DNA of 64,000 nt, from the NCBI GenBank assembly GCA_964016885.1, contig OZ024740.1, positions 1,674,001-1,738,000 on the forward strand, given 5' to 3'. The translations under genes were made by a program, and so were the position numbers. The notes under the pieces were generated by a model. That model was not told where the DNA came from and made no database searches. It worked only from the letters and a program-made list of their open reading frames with translations. The DNA is from Eledone cirrhosa. Its lineage: Eukaryota. Below are positions 25,761 through 38,210 of this stretch, piece by piece. Every line of letters begins with the position of its first letter. The first letter of the stretch is position 1.

Positions 25761-28700
25761 CATCATCATTATCATCATCATCACCGTTTTACATCCGTTC
25801 TTCCACGCTAGCATGGGTTAGACGGTTTGTCCTGTTGTGGGCAGTGTCTGGTCGGCTGACCATGCCTTGCTCATACAGGAACTGATTTGGCTTGATTTCT
25901 ACAGCTGGATGCCCTTCCTAACACCAACCTCATTTACAGTGAGTGCTGGGTGCTTTTTCGTGGCGCCTACACGTCCACTTTACAGTGTGGGCTGGGTGCT
26001 TTTTTGCCGTGGCACCTCCACGACCACCTTGCGGTGGGGGCATATTGTCTATATGCTTCAGCTTGTACCCATGGGAGGTCGGGTACTCTGTATTACTGCG
26101 TGACGCCAGAGGTCACGGTCGTGTGTCATTGCCTTTGAGAGGTGTAATTGCGTAAGGTCGGCTTTTATCACCTCATCCCAGGTCATCTTGGGTCTCCCGA
26201 CTCCGCGGTTTCCATCAACTTCTAGTGTTCTGCACCTCTTTATGCAGCTGTCATCCTTCATACGCATCACGTCCATACCAGCGCAACCGCCTCTCCTGCA
26301 CACAGTATTTGATTCCTCTTATGCTCAGTCTCTCTCTCAATTCATTTATGCTTTGTCGTTCGCGTATATTATTGTTACACATCCATCGGAGCATGCAGGC
26401 TTCGTTTCTCTCTAATCTACGTAAGTCTTCCACCTTCAGCGCCCAGGTCTCACTACCATGTAACATTGCTGTTCGGATACACGCATCATACAGTCTGCCT
26501 TTCATTCTGAGGGAGAAGCCTTTTGCAGCTAGCAGTGGTAGTAGTTCCCTAAACTTCTTCCATCCCGTTCTTACCCTAGTTATTGTACTTTCTGAACACC
26601 CACCTATCTACTGTTTCTACAGAGCCCTACCTACACCTTTCCTACATACTGAGCAAGGCCATTTCCCTGAGGGGATCTGGGTTCTGTTTTCTCGTCTACT
26701 TACAAGGACCTTAGTCTTTGTCATGTTGACTTTGAGACCCTTTCTTTCTAGTCTCTGCTTCCAAGTTTGGAATTTATTCTCTAGTTCTACCATAGATTCA
26801 GCTATGAGTGCGAGGTCATCAGCATACAGGAGTTCCCATGGGCATCCGGTCTTAAACTCCTCCGTTATTGCCTGCAGGACTATGATGAACAGGAGGGGGC
26901 TAAGAACAGAGTCCTGGTGGACCCCAACCTGTACGCTAAATTCTTCGCTATACTCATTGCTAACCCTAACTTTGCTGACTGCTCCCCTATACATGGCTTG
27001 TACCGCTTTCACAAGCCATTCATCTACTCCTAGTTTTCTAAGAGCCCACCAGATTACAGCACGTGGAACTCAGTCAAAGGCTTTCTCAAGGTCGACAAAT
27101 GCCAAGTAGAGTGGCTTACTTTTAGCTAGGTACTTTTCCTGTAACTGCCTCACAAGGAAGAGGGCATCAGTGGTGCCTCTTCCTGGTACAAACCCAAATT
27201 GCATCTCGTCTATTTCACCCGGTCCCTAATCAACTGTGCTATAACTCTTTCTGTTACTTTCATGACCTGGTCCATCAGCTTTATACCTCTATAGTTTCCT
27301 CTATCTAATGCATCGCCTTTACCTTTGTAGCAGTTGACAATGATGCTACTGCACCAATCTTTTGGTATGAGACCTTCTAGTATTACCTGGTTAACAATAT
27401 GTGTGGTTATAGTGTGACCTACAGACCCAGATGTCTTCAGCATCTTGGCAGCTATACCCGATGGACCGGTTGCCTTCCCCATCTTCATATCTTTGATTGC
27501 CTTACTTACTACGTTGCTGCTGACTTGTACTGCTGGCCCCTCTATAGAGTCTACTTGGGGTAGGGTCTCTTTTTCCCATGCATTCTCCTCATTTAGTAAT
27601 CTGTCATAATGACTCTTCCATGCATCTTTCTTCTCAGCACTTGTGAGGGCAAGCTCACCTTTATCATTCCGGATACACTTCTCTCCAATGACATCACAAC
27701 TATCTCTGACACACTGCCTCGCAATCTTGAATACCTCCTGTTTCTGGTCCTCACATTGCAAAACATGCTTGAATTTTCTATCCTCTGCTTCCCTCCTAAC
27801 TAAGTATACTTGTCGCCTAACTTCCCTCTTGGTCTCTATGTAATGTACCCTGCTCCCCCCGTTCTTCCATTCTTTCCATGCCTGTCTCTTGGCCTTAACT
27901 GCTTCATCTACCTTATTGTTTCACCACCAAGTCATTCTCCTCCTGCTTGAGGTCTTACTCCAGCCACAGACCTCATCCGTCGCCTCTAGTAAATTATTTT
28001 TTAGGAACTCCCAGTTCTCTTCTACATTAAATGTCTCTATCTGTTCTTCTTTACTGTCGTAGGCATTGAGTAAAATATCTTTAAATCTGTTACTGGTTGA
28101 GGGGACTTTCAGCTTCCAGATCTTTCTTCTCCAGGTTCATCTAGTTCTGACCGTGAGGTCGCTGACAACTAAGCTATGTTGGGATGTACATTCCTCACTA
28201 GGGAAGGCTTTTGTGTTTACGACCGTCCATCTGTCACGTCCTCTGATGAGGATAAAATCTATCTGACTGGAGTGCTCCCCTGATCTATAGGTGATCAGGT
28301 GGTTGTCGGGTTTTTTAAAGTTTGTGTTACATATTGACATGTCATTGGCGTCGCAGAATTCTAGAAGTCTGAATCCTTCCTCATTTCTTGTGCCAACCCC
28401 ATGGCCTCCATGTACTCTATTGAAGCCGTCGCAGTGTTTACCTACGTGTCCGTTAAAATCTGCGATGATTAGGAAGTCATTGTCGTCTGTTAGAGCAGTA
28501 GTGTGCATTAGGGACTCGTAAAACCTATCCTTAAATTCGTCTGGCTGCCTCGATTGGGGTGCGTAAGCTGATATTATTGTGGTAATTGTTTTATTCAGGA
28601 CTAGTCTGAGTTTAATGATTCTTGCATTTACCCTGTACACTGAGATTACTTTATCTACCCACTTGTCAGCTAGTAGTATACCTACACCACCCATCCCATC

Positions 28701-29441
28701 GTCATTTCCCACCCAGAAAAATTTGTAGCACCGACTTTTTCCTACCAGGACTCTGGCAGACTCTCCTCTCCATCTAGTCTCTTGCACACAGCATACATCA
28801 ACTTCCTTTCGCTCTAGCATTTCTACGATTTCTTCTGCTCTTCCTTTCATTGAGCCTACATTGATGGTACCAACTCAGAGTTTTGGGCATTTGTCGACAC
28901 TCGTAGGGAAGGGTCTCTGGGTTGGCGCTTCACATGGGTGCTTGGTAGCTCGCAGATTCATATTTGATCTATTGATTCAGAGTTGCTCAAATATATTCTC
29001 AGCTCATCCATCCATAACGGTGGGAAAATTGAGGGCTAGAAGAACAGTGGTGGTGGGATAATGGCAGGGTGTGTTGGGCTGCGACAGGGGAGGAGAGAGT
29101 TAGTTAGGTAGTAGCAGTAGCAGCAGTAGAAATGGCATGCTGAGGTTTGATTGGTCGAATAGGCTATGGTGGGTGGGAGGGAAATTGTGAGGTAGGCACT
29201 GAGGGTCGCCGTCAAGGCTAACAAACTTAAATAACCGATAGATTAGAATACCGCGTGGCAAATAGCCGAAATAATACAGCAAAAACAGCAATAATATTAA
29301 TAATAATAGCGTCATAAGAGCTAAGATACCTTCGAAAAATTTGTATGGATGGGTGGCTGGAACGAATCCAAATCAACTCTAGTGATACATTTTAGCAGAT
29401 AAGGATAAAGTGTCTTATCTCTTCAATAGCTTCAAGATGAG
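25761..29441 (-). mobile_element. Near-full-length RTE-clade non-LTR retrotransposon
   Basis: Single-ORF layout with APE then RT, ~300-bp 3' UTR, (GAT)n tail and (TA)n on both sides. 5' boundary inferred from the TA run. Confidence 0.93.
26058..28961 (-). pseudogene. Disrupted RTE polyprotein (AP endonuclease + reverse transcriptase)
   Basis: APE motifs VGTINV, VQETRW, SAYAP, DFNGHVG, SQIDFIL, SQH. RT motifs YKGKGD..NYRGIKL, GVHQDSVLSPLLF, LLYADDL, LRWYG. Broken by stops, frameshifts and deletions. Confidence 0.93.
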
Positions 29442-29476
<35 letters not shown>

Positions 29477-29512
29477 TCTAAATAGAAATGTCTATATATG
29501 TAAAGTATGTTT

Positions 29513-30996
29513 CATCATCATCATCATCATCACCGTTTTACGTCCGTTCTTCCACGCTAGCATGGGTTAGACGGTTTGTCCTGTTGTGGGCAGTGTCTGG
29601 TCGGCTGACCATGCCTTGCTCATACAGGAACTGATCTGGCTTGATTTCTACAGCTGGATGCCCTTCCTAACACCAACCTCATTTACAGTGAGTGTTGGTG
29701 CTTTTTCCGTGGTGCCTACACGTCCACTTTACAGTGTGGGCTGGGTGCTTATTTGCCGTGGCACCTCCACGACCATCTTGCAGTGGGAGGGTGTGGGGGC
29801 ATATTGTCTATATGCTTCAGCTTGTACCCATGGGAGGTCGGGTACTCTGTATTACTGCGTGACGCCAGAGGTCACAGTCGTGTGTCATCGCTTTTGAGAG
29901 GTGTAATTGGGTAAGGTCGGCTTTTATCACCTCATCCCAGGTCTTCTTGGGTCTCTCCACTCCGCGGTTTACATTGACTTCTAGTGCTCTGCACCTTTTT
30001 ATGCAGCTGTCATCCTTCATACGCATCACATGTCCATACCAACGCAACCACCTCTCCTGCACACAGCATTTGATTCCTCTTATGCTCAGTCTCTCTCTCA
30101 ATTCATTTATGCTTTGTCGTTCGCGTATATTACTATTACACATCCATCGGAGCATGCAGGCTTCGTTTCTTTCTAATCTACGTAAGTCTTCCACCTTCAG
30201 CGCCCAGGTCTCACTACCATGCAACATTGCTGTTCGGATACACGCATCATACAGTCTGCCTTTCATTTTGAGGGAGAAGCCTTTTGCAGCTAGCAGTAGC
30301 AGTAGTTCCCTGAACTTCTTCCATCCCGTTCTTACCCTAGTTATTGTACTTTCTGAACACCCACCTCCGTTGCTAATTCGGTCACCTAGGTAGCAGAAGC
30401 TATCTACTGTTTCTACAGAGCCCTTCCAGAGATTGGTGGTATTTGTTTCCTGTGGCTGTTTGCTGCTTGCTGTCCCAGCACAGCTGCTGCATGTGAAGCC
30501 TACATTCTTAATTAAGCTTCCTGAGATCCCGCTACATCTCTTGTGTACCCATTGTTTGCATTTGGGGCAGAGAATGGAGTTCCTACCTACACCTTTCCTA
30601 CATACTGAGCAAGGCCATTTCCCTGAGGGGATCTGGGTTCTGTTTTCTCGTCTACTTACAAGGACCTTAGTCTTTGTCATGTTGACTTTGAGACCCTTTC
30701 TTTCTAGTCCCTGGTTCCATGTTTGGAATTTATTCTCTAGTTCTACCATAGATTCAGCTATAAGTGCGAGGTCATCAGCATACAGGAGTTCCCATGGGCA
30801 TCCGGTCTTAAACTCCTCCGTTATTGCCTGCAGGACTATGATGAACAGAAGAGGGCTAAGAACAGAGTCCTGGTGGACACCAACCTGTACGCTAAATTCC
30901 TCACTATACTCATTGCTAATCCTAACTTTGCTGACTGCTCCCCTATACATGGCTTGTACCGCTTTCACAAGCCATTCATCTACTCCTAGTTTTCTA
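29513..30996 (-). mobile_element. 5'-truncated RTE copy in tandem with the first
   Basis: Highly similar to 25761-27040, with the same tail. Confidence 0.95.
29817..30996 (-). pseudogene. Open C-terminal half of RTE ORF: RT (YADD), PHD-like finger and C-terminal domain
   Basis: Uninterrupted frame containing CSVC-x10-CPKC-x4-HKRC-x14-CSSC. The ORF-track start lies in flanking microsatellite and is not a real start. Confidence 0.88.
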
Positions 30997-31097
30997 TATA
31001 TAGATATATATGTGTGTAATGTATATATATACACTCTAAATAGAAATGTGTCTATATGTAATGTATGTTTATATATAAATATATATATATATATATA

Positions 31098-31723
31098 CTA
31101 GCAGTGGTACCCTGCATTGCACAGGATAAGGTATTTTGGAACCCGGGCCACCAACAGACCTAATCGTGGAAAAACTGCATGCCTGGACAATATGTAAAGA
31201 AAATAAACCGAATACTCTGATGGCTGGATAATCTTTAAGATTTTCTTCGATGAAGCAGGAAAAATGTAGCTTTTCACTTAATACTGGCTCTAGGGGATCA
31301 AGAAAATGAATTTTTTTTATGTGCATAATAGACCTTGAAATTTCGGGAAAATCGGCTAGACGTAACGCCTAAAAAAGCCCTAAAAAGCTGAAATTTTTCA
31401 CCTAATGCGGGGCCTAGGCCATAAAAAAGTTGGATTTTCTTTGCTCACAGTATGACGAAGAGACTGACTAATACATAGTTACAATTTCAAGGAAATCAGT
31501 CTGAGGTAACGCCTCAAAAAAACCCTAAAAAGCTGGAAAAAACACAGTTATTCACCTAATGCGGGTCCTAGGGGATCAAAAAGTTGAATTTTTTTATGTG
31601 CATAACACTCCCTGAAACATAAGTAATACACATGTAAAGTTTAAAAAAGATCGGTTGGGTACTTCTCAGGTTTCACATACACACATACATCCTTCCTCAG
31701 TTTTATATATATACATATATAGA
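31098..31723 (-). mobile_element. Non-autonomous Helitron
   Basis: Minus strand begins TC (31723) after A and ends CTAG (31098) before T. Subterminal hairpin CCTGtgcaatgCAGG ~10 nt from the 3' end. Internal direct repeats (GTAACGCCT..AAAAAGCTG, TTCACCTAATGCGGG, CTAGGGGATCAA). No TSD. Confidence 0.78.
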
Positions 31724-32130
31724 TTAAAATAACAGATTAAAGTTTAAGCAAAGAATCGTTGCTTTCACCCTTAACGGGATCTTCTGAAACTAAAAACATC
31801 AATCTGTGAATGTAGAAGTAAATATTTCGAAAAATGTTGCAACCGAAGGAAGACAGGAAGACGATACTTTGGTTCGTGAAGACGTTTCCTGGCGATGAAC
31901 GGATAATAGCAAACAAAATACGTCATCAGAATGTTGTAATGCAGACAGCCAGGCATACAGACAGATATTATAAGGGCAACAGAAAACAGAAAATTGAAAA
32001 ATAAAAGCTGCAGTTAATATCTTTAGACCGCAAGGAATATATAAATGTAAGTTTGAAGTCAATTGGACTAGAAATGTGGATTTGTATAGACTTTGCAAAA
32101 ATGAGGACACACACACAACTACAGTTTTAT
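31724..32130. mobile_element. Unclassified CpG-rich, TA-associated interspersed element
   Basis: The first ~41 bp are nearly identical to 4338-4378. Bounded by TA tracts. Confidence 0.45.
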
Positions 32131-32184
32131 ATATATATATCTATATATATATACACACACACACACAACATCAGTTTTATATAT

Positions 32185-32237
32185 CATCATCATCATCACC
32201 GTTTTATGTCCGTTCTTCCACGCTTGCATGGGTTAGA
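32185..32237 (-). mobile_element. ~53-bp RTE 3' stub
   Basis: (CAT)nCACCGTTTTATGTCCGTTCTTCCACGCTTGCATGGGTTAGA matches the LINE terminus. Confidence 0.85.
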
Positions 32238-32317
32238 TAGATATATATGTGTGTAATGTATATATTTACACTCTAAATAGAAATGTGTCTATATGTAATG
32301 TATGTTTATATATATAT

Positions 32318-32505
32318 GGGTAAGTTATTCCGGGTTGAAGGTAACCACAGTAAGTAAGGTACTCAATACATACCAGAGTATAAAAGTTTTAATATAGATG
32401 AGATTCTACAGGACTAGAACTGTTTCATTCTTGAGAAATCATCAGGAATCTGATTCCTGTTGATTTCTCAAGAATGAAACAGTTCTAGTCCTGTAGAATC
32501 TCATC

Positions 32506-32510
<5 letters not shown>
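32318..32510. mobile_element. (TA)n-flanked fold-back element D with hammerheads
   Basis: 59-bp arms 32392-32450 and 32452-32510, 1-nt centre, one mismatch. Extension 32318-32391. Confidence 0.85.
32402..32450 (-). ncRNA. Type-I hammerhead ribozyme (left arm of D)
   Basis: GATTC-CTGATGA-tTTCtcaaGAAt-GAAA-CAG-ttctagtc-CTG-TA-GAATC: perfect stem I, stem III and GUA triplet. Stem II is weak. Confidence 0.75.
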
Positions 32511-32540
<30 letters not shown>

Positions 32541-33116
32541 ATGATGTATGTTTGTATGTCTGTTTTGTGTAATGTATGTTTGTGTGTGTGTGTGTGTGTA
32601 TGATGTATGTATGTCTTTTTATGTTGTGTATATAATGAATGTTTGTATGTGTGTATGTATGATGTATGTTTGTATGTGTCTGTGTATGTTGTAATGTGTG
32701 TTTGTATGTGTGTGTGTGTATGATGAATGTTTGTATGTGTCTATGTATGTTGTGTGTATGATGTATGCGTGTTTATTTACTGCCTATGTGTTGTGTATGG
32801 TGTATGTATATTGTGCCTATCTTTGTGTTTTGTCTGATATAAGTGTATATATATATACTTACATATATACACACATGTTCATATATACATATATATATGA
32901 TGTATGCATCCATGCAGTAGTTCACAGCTCTGTAATTAAATTTAAAAACACAATCTAACATATTATATGTAACTCGTAAAACATTTGTCAGCTGAATTGT
33001 CATTTTTTTCACTTCACAGAAGCCAAAACTGAAGAATTGTGAAATTAAACAAATATATTAACTCTCTGGAGTTGACACAGTCTAGTGATGTTTGTACAGT
33101 GAAGATGGTGGAACTA

Positions 33117-36100
33117 TTATCATTGTCACCAGTGTCATCACAACATTGTCACAACTGTCATCACATCATTGTCACCACTGTCACCACATCATTGTCACCA
33201 CTGTCATCACATCACCACCACTGTCATCACATCATTGTCACCACTGTCATCACATCATTGTCACCACTGTCATCACATCACCACCACTGTCATCACATCA
33301 CCACCACTGTCATCACATCATTGTCACCACTGTCATCACATCATTGTCACCACTGTTATTACATCATTGTCACCACTGTCATCACATCATTGTCACCACT
33401 GTCATCACATCATTGTCACCACTGTCACCACATCATTGTCACCACTGTCATCACATCATTGTCACCACTCTCATCACATCATTGTCACCACTGTTATTAC
33501 ATCATTGTCACCACTGTCATCACATCATTGTCACCACTGTCATCACATCATTGTCACCACTGTCATCACATCATTATCACCACTGTCATCACATCATTGT
33601 CATCACTGTCATCACATCATTGTCACCACTCTCATCACATCATTGTCACCACTGTCACCACATCATTGTCACCACTGTCATCACACCATTGTCACAACTG
33701 TCATCACATCATTGTCACCACTGTCACCACATCATTGTCACCACTGTCATCACATCATTGTCACCACTGTCATCACATCATTGTCATCACTGTCATCACA
33801 TCATTGTCACCACTCTCATCACATCATTGTCACCACTGTCACCACATCATTGTCACCACTGTCATCACACCATTGTCACCACTGTCATCACATCATTGTC
33901 ACCACTGTCATCACATCATTGTCACCAGTCATCACATCATTGTCACCACTGTCACCACATCATTGTCACCACTGTCACCACGTCATTGTCACCACTGTCA
34001 TCACATCATTGTCACCACTGTCATCACATCATTGTCACCACTGTCATCACATCATTGTCACCACTGTCATCACATCATTGTCACCACTGTCATCACATCA
34101 TTGTCACCACTGTCATCACATCATTGTCACCACTGTCATCACATCATTGTCACCACTGTCATCACATCATTGTCACCACTGTCACCACATCATTGTCACC
34201 ACTGTCATCACATCATTGTCACCACTGTCATCACATCATTGTCACCACTGTCATCACATCACCACCACTGTCATCACATCATTGTCACCACTGTCATCAC
34301 ATCATTGTCACCACTCATCACATCATTGTCACCACTGTCATCACATCATTGTCACCACTGTCATCACATCATTGTCACCACTGTCATCACATCATTGTCA
34401 CCACTGTCATCACATCACCACCACTGTCATCACTGTCATCACATCATTGTCACCACTGTCATCACATCATTGTCACCACTGTCATCACATCATTGTCACC
34501 ACTGTCATCACATCACCACCACTGTCATCACATCATTGTCACCACTGTCATCACATCACCACCACTGTCATCTCTGTCATCACATCATTGTCACCACTGT
34601 CATCACATCATTGTCACCACTGTCATCACATCACCACCACTGTCATCACTGTCATCACATCATTGTCACCACTGTCATCACAACATTGTCACCACTGTCA
34701 TCACATCACCACCACTGTCATCACATCATTGTCACCACTGTCATCACATCATTGTCACCACTGTCACCACTGTCATCACACCATTGTCACCACTGTCACC
34801 ACGTCATTGTCACCACTGTCATCACACCATTGTCACCACTGTCATCACATCATTGTCACCACTGTCACCACATCATTGTCACCACTGACATCACTGTCAC
34901 CACAACATTGTCACCACTGTCATCACATCATTGTCACTACTGTCATCACATCATTGTCACCACTGTCACCACATCATTGTCACCACTGTCACCACAACAT
35001 TGTCACCACTGTCACCACATCATTGTCACTACTGTCACCACATCATTGTCACCACTGTCACCACATCATTGTCACCACTGTCACCACAACATTGTCACCA
35101 CTGTCACCACATCATTGTCACCACTGTCACCACATCATTGTCACCACTGTCATCACATCATTGTCACCACAACATTGTCACCACTGTTACCACATCATTG
35201 TCACCACTGTCATCACATCATTGTCACCACTGTCATCACATCATTGTCACCACAACATTGTCACCACTGTCACCACATCATTGTCACCACTGTCATCACA
35301 TCATTGTCACCACTGTCACCACATCATTGTCACCACTGTCATCACATCATTGTCACCACTGTCATCACATCATTGTCACCACTGTCACCACATCATTGTC
35401 ACCACTGTCATCACATCATTGTCACCACTGTCATCACAACATTGTCACCACTGTCACCACATCATTGTCACCACTGTCATCACATCATTGTCACCACTGT
35501 CATCACATCATTGTCACCACTGTCATCACATCATTGTCACCACTGTCATCACATCATTGTCACCACTGTCACCATATCATTGTCACCACTGTCATCACAT
35601 CATTGACACCACTGTCATCACATCATTGTCACCACTGTAACCACATCATTGTCACCACTGTCATCACATCATTGACACCACTGTCACCACATCATTGTCA
35701 CCACTGTCACCACAACATTGTCACCAGTCACCACATCATTGTCACCACTGTCATCACATCATCACCACTGTCACCACAACATTGTCACCAGTCACCACAT
35801 CATTGTCACCACTGTCATCACATCATCACCACTGTCACCACATCATTGTCACCACTGTCATCACATCATTGTCACCACTGTCATCACATCATTGTCACCA
35901 CTGTCATCACATCATCACCACTGTCATCACATCATTGTCACCACTGTCATCACATCATCACCACTGTCATCACATCATTGTCACCACTGTCATCACATCA
36001 TTGTCACCACTGTCATCACATCATTGTCACCACTGTCACCACATCATTGTCACCACTGTCACCACAACATTGTCACCACTGTCACCACATCATTGTCACC

Positions 36101-38210
36101 ACTGTCATCACATCATTGTCACCACTGTCACCACATCATTGTCACCAGTCACCACATCATTGACACCACTGTCACCACATCATTGTCACCACTGTCATCA
36201 CATCATTGTCACCACTGTCACCACAACATTGTCACCACTGTCACCACATCATTGTCACCACTGTCATCACATCATTGTCACCACTGTCACCACATCATTG
36301 TCACCAGTCACCACATCATTGTTACCACTGTCATCACATCATTGTCACCACTGTCACCACAACATTGTCACCACTGTCACCACATCATTGTCACCACTGT
36401 CACCACATCATTGTCACCACTGTCATCACATCATCACCACTGTCATCACATCATTGTCACCACTGTCATCACATCATTGTCACCACTGCCATCACATCAT
36501 TGACACCACTGTCACCACATCATTGTCACCACTGTCACCACAACATTGTCACCACTGTCACCACATCATTGTCACCACTGTCATCACATCATTGTCACCA
36601 CTGTCACCACATCATTGTCACCACTGTCATCACATCATTGTTACCACTGTCATCACATCATTGTCACCACTGTCACCACATCATTGTCACCACTGTCACC
36701 ACAACATTGTCACCACTGTCATCACATCATTGTCACCACTGTCACCACATCATTGTCACCACTGTCACCACAACATTGTCACCACTGTCACCACATCATT
36801 GTTACCACTGTCATCACATCATTGTCACCACTGTCACCACATCATTGTCACCACTGTCATCACATCATCACCACTGTCATCACATCATTGTCACCACTGT
36901 CACCACATCATTGTCACCACTGTCACCACATCATTGTCACCAGTCACCACATCATTGTCACCACTGTCATCACATCATTGTCACCACTGTCACCACATCA
37001 TTGTCACCACTGTCATCACAACACTGTCACCACTGTCACCACATCATTGTCACCAGTCACCACATCATTGTCACCACTGTCATCACATCATTGTCACCAC
37101 TGTCACCACATCATTGACACCACTGTCACCACATCATTGTCACCACTGTCACCACATCATTGTCACCACTGTCACCACATCATTGTCACCACTGTCATCA
37201 CATCATTGTCACCACTGTCACCACAGCATTGACACCACTGTCACCACATCATTGTCACCACTGTCACCACATCATTGTCACCAGTCACCACATCATTGTC
37301 ACCACTGTCATCACATCATTGTCACCACTGTCACCACATCATTGTCACCACTGTCATCACATCATTGTCACCAGTCACCACATCATTGTCATCACATCAT
37401 TGTCACCACGTCATTGTCACCACTGTCATCACATCATTGTCACCACTGTCACCACATCATTGTCACCACTGTCACCACGTCATTGTCACCACTGTCATCA
37501 CATCATTGTCACCACTGTCATCACATCATTGTCACCACTGTCACCACATCATTGTCACCACTGTCACCACGTCATTGTCACCACTGTCATCACATCATTG
37601 TCACCACTGTCACCACATCATTGTCACCACTGTCATCACATCATTGTCACCACTGTCATCACATCATTGTCACCACTGTCATCACATCATTGTCACCACT
37701 GTCACCACATCATTGTCACCACTGTCATCACATCATTGTCACCACTGTCACCACATCATTGTCACCACTGTCACCACATCATTCTCACCACTGTCATCAC
37801 ATCATTGTCACCACTGTCACCACATCATTGTCACCACTGTCATCACATCATTGTCACCACTGTCACCACATCATTGTCACCACTGTCATCACATCATTGT
37901 CACCAATGTCATCACATCATTGTCACCACTGTCATCACATCATTGTCACCACTGTCACCACATCATTGTCACCAGTCACCACATCATTGTCACCACTGTC
38001 ATCACATCATTGTCACCACTGTCATCACATCATTGTCACCACTGTCACCACATCATTGTCACCAGTCACCACATCATTGTCACCACTGTCATCACATCAT
38101 TGTCACCACTGTCACCACATCATTGTCACCACTGTCACCACATCATTGTCACCACTGTCACCACATCATTGTCACCACTGTCATCACATCATCACCACTG
38201 TCATCATCGT
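33117..38210. repeat. 23-bp satellite array
   Basis: Unit CATTGTCACCACTGTCA(T/C)CACAT with shortened variants. Grades into (CAT)n up to ~38310. Confidence 0.97.

Noticed and set aside
31870-31935. Minus-strand CTGATGA...GAAACGTC as a hammerhead
   Set aside because: The core words are present, but neither stem I nor stem II pairs convincingly.
9260-32510. Classifying the four palindromes as ordinary TA-target Tc1/mariner MITEs
   Set aside because: Their termini share no TIR consensus, each has a one-sided tail, the centres vary, and the arms carry ordered hammerhead motifs. A PLE-like origin fits better, although it is unproven.
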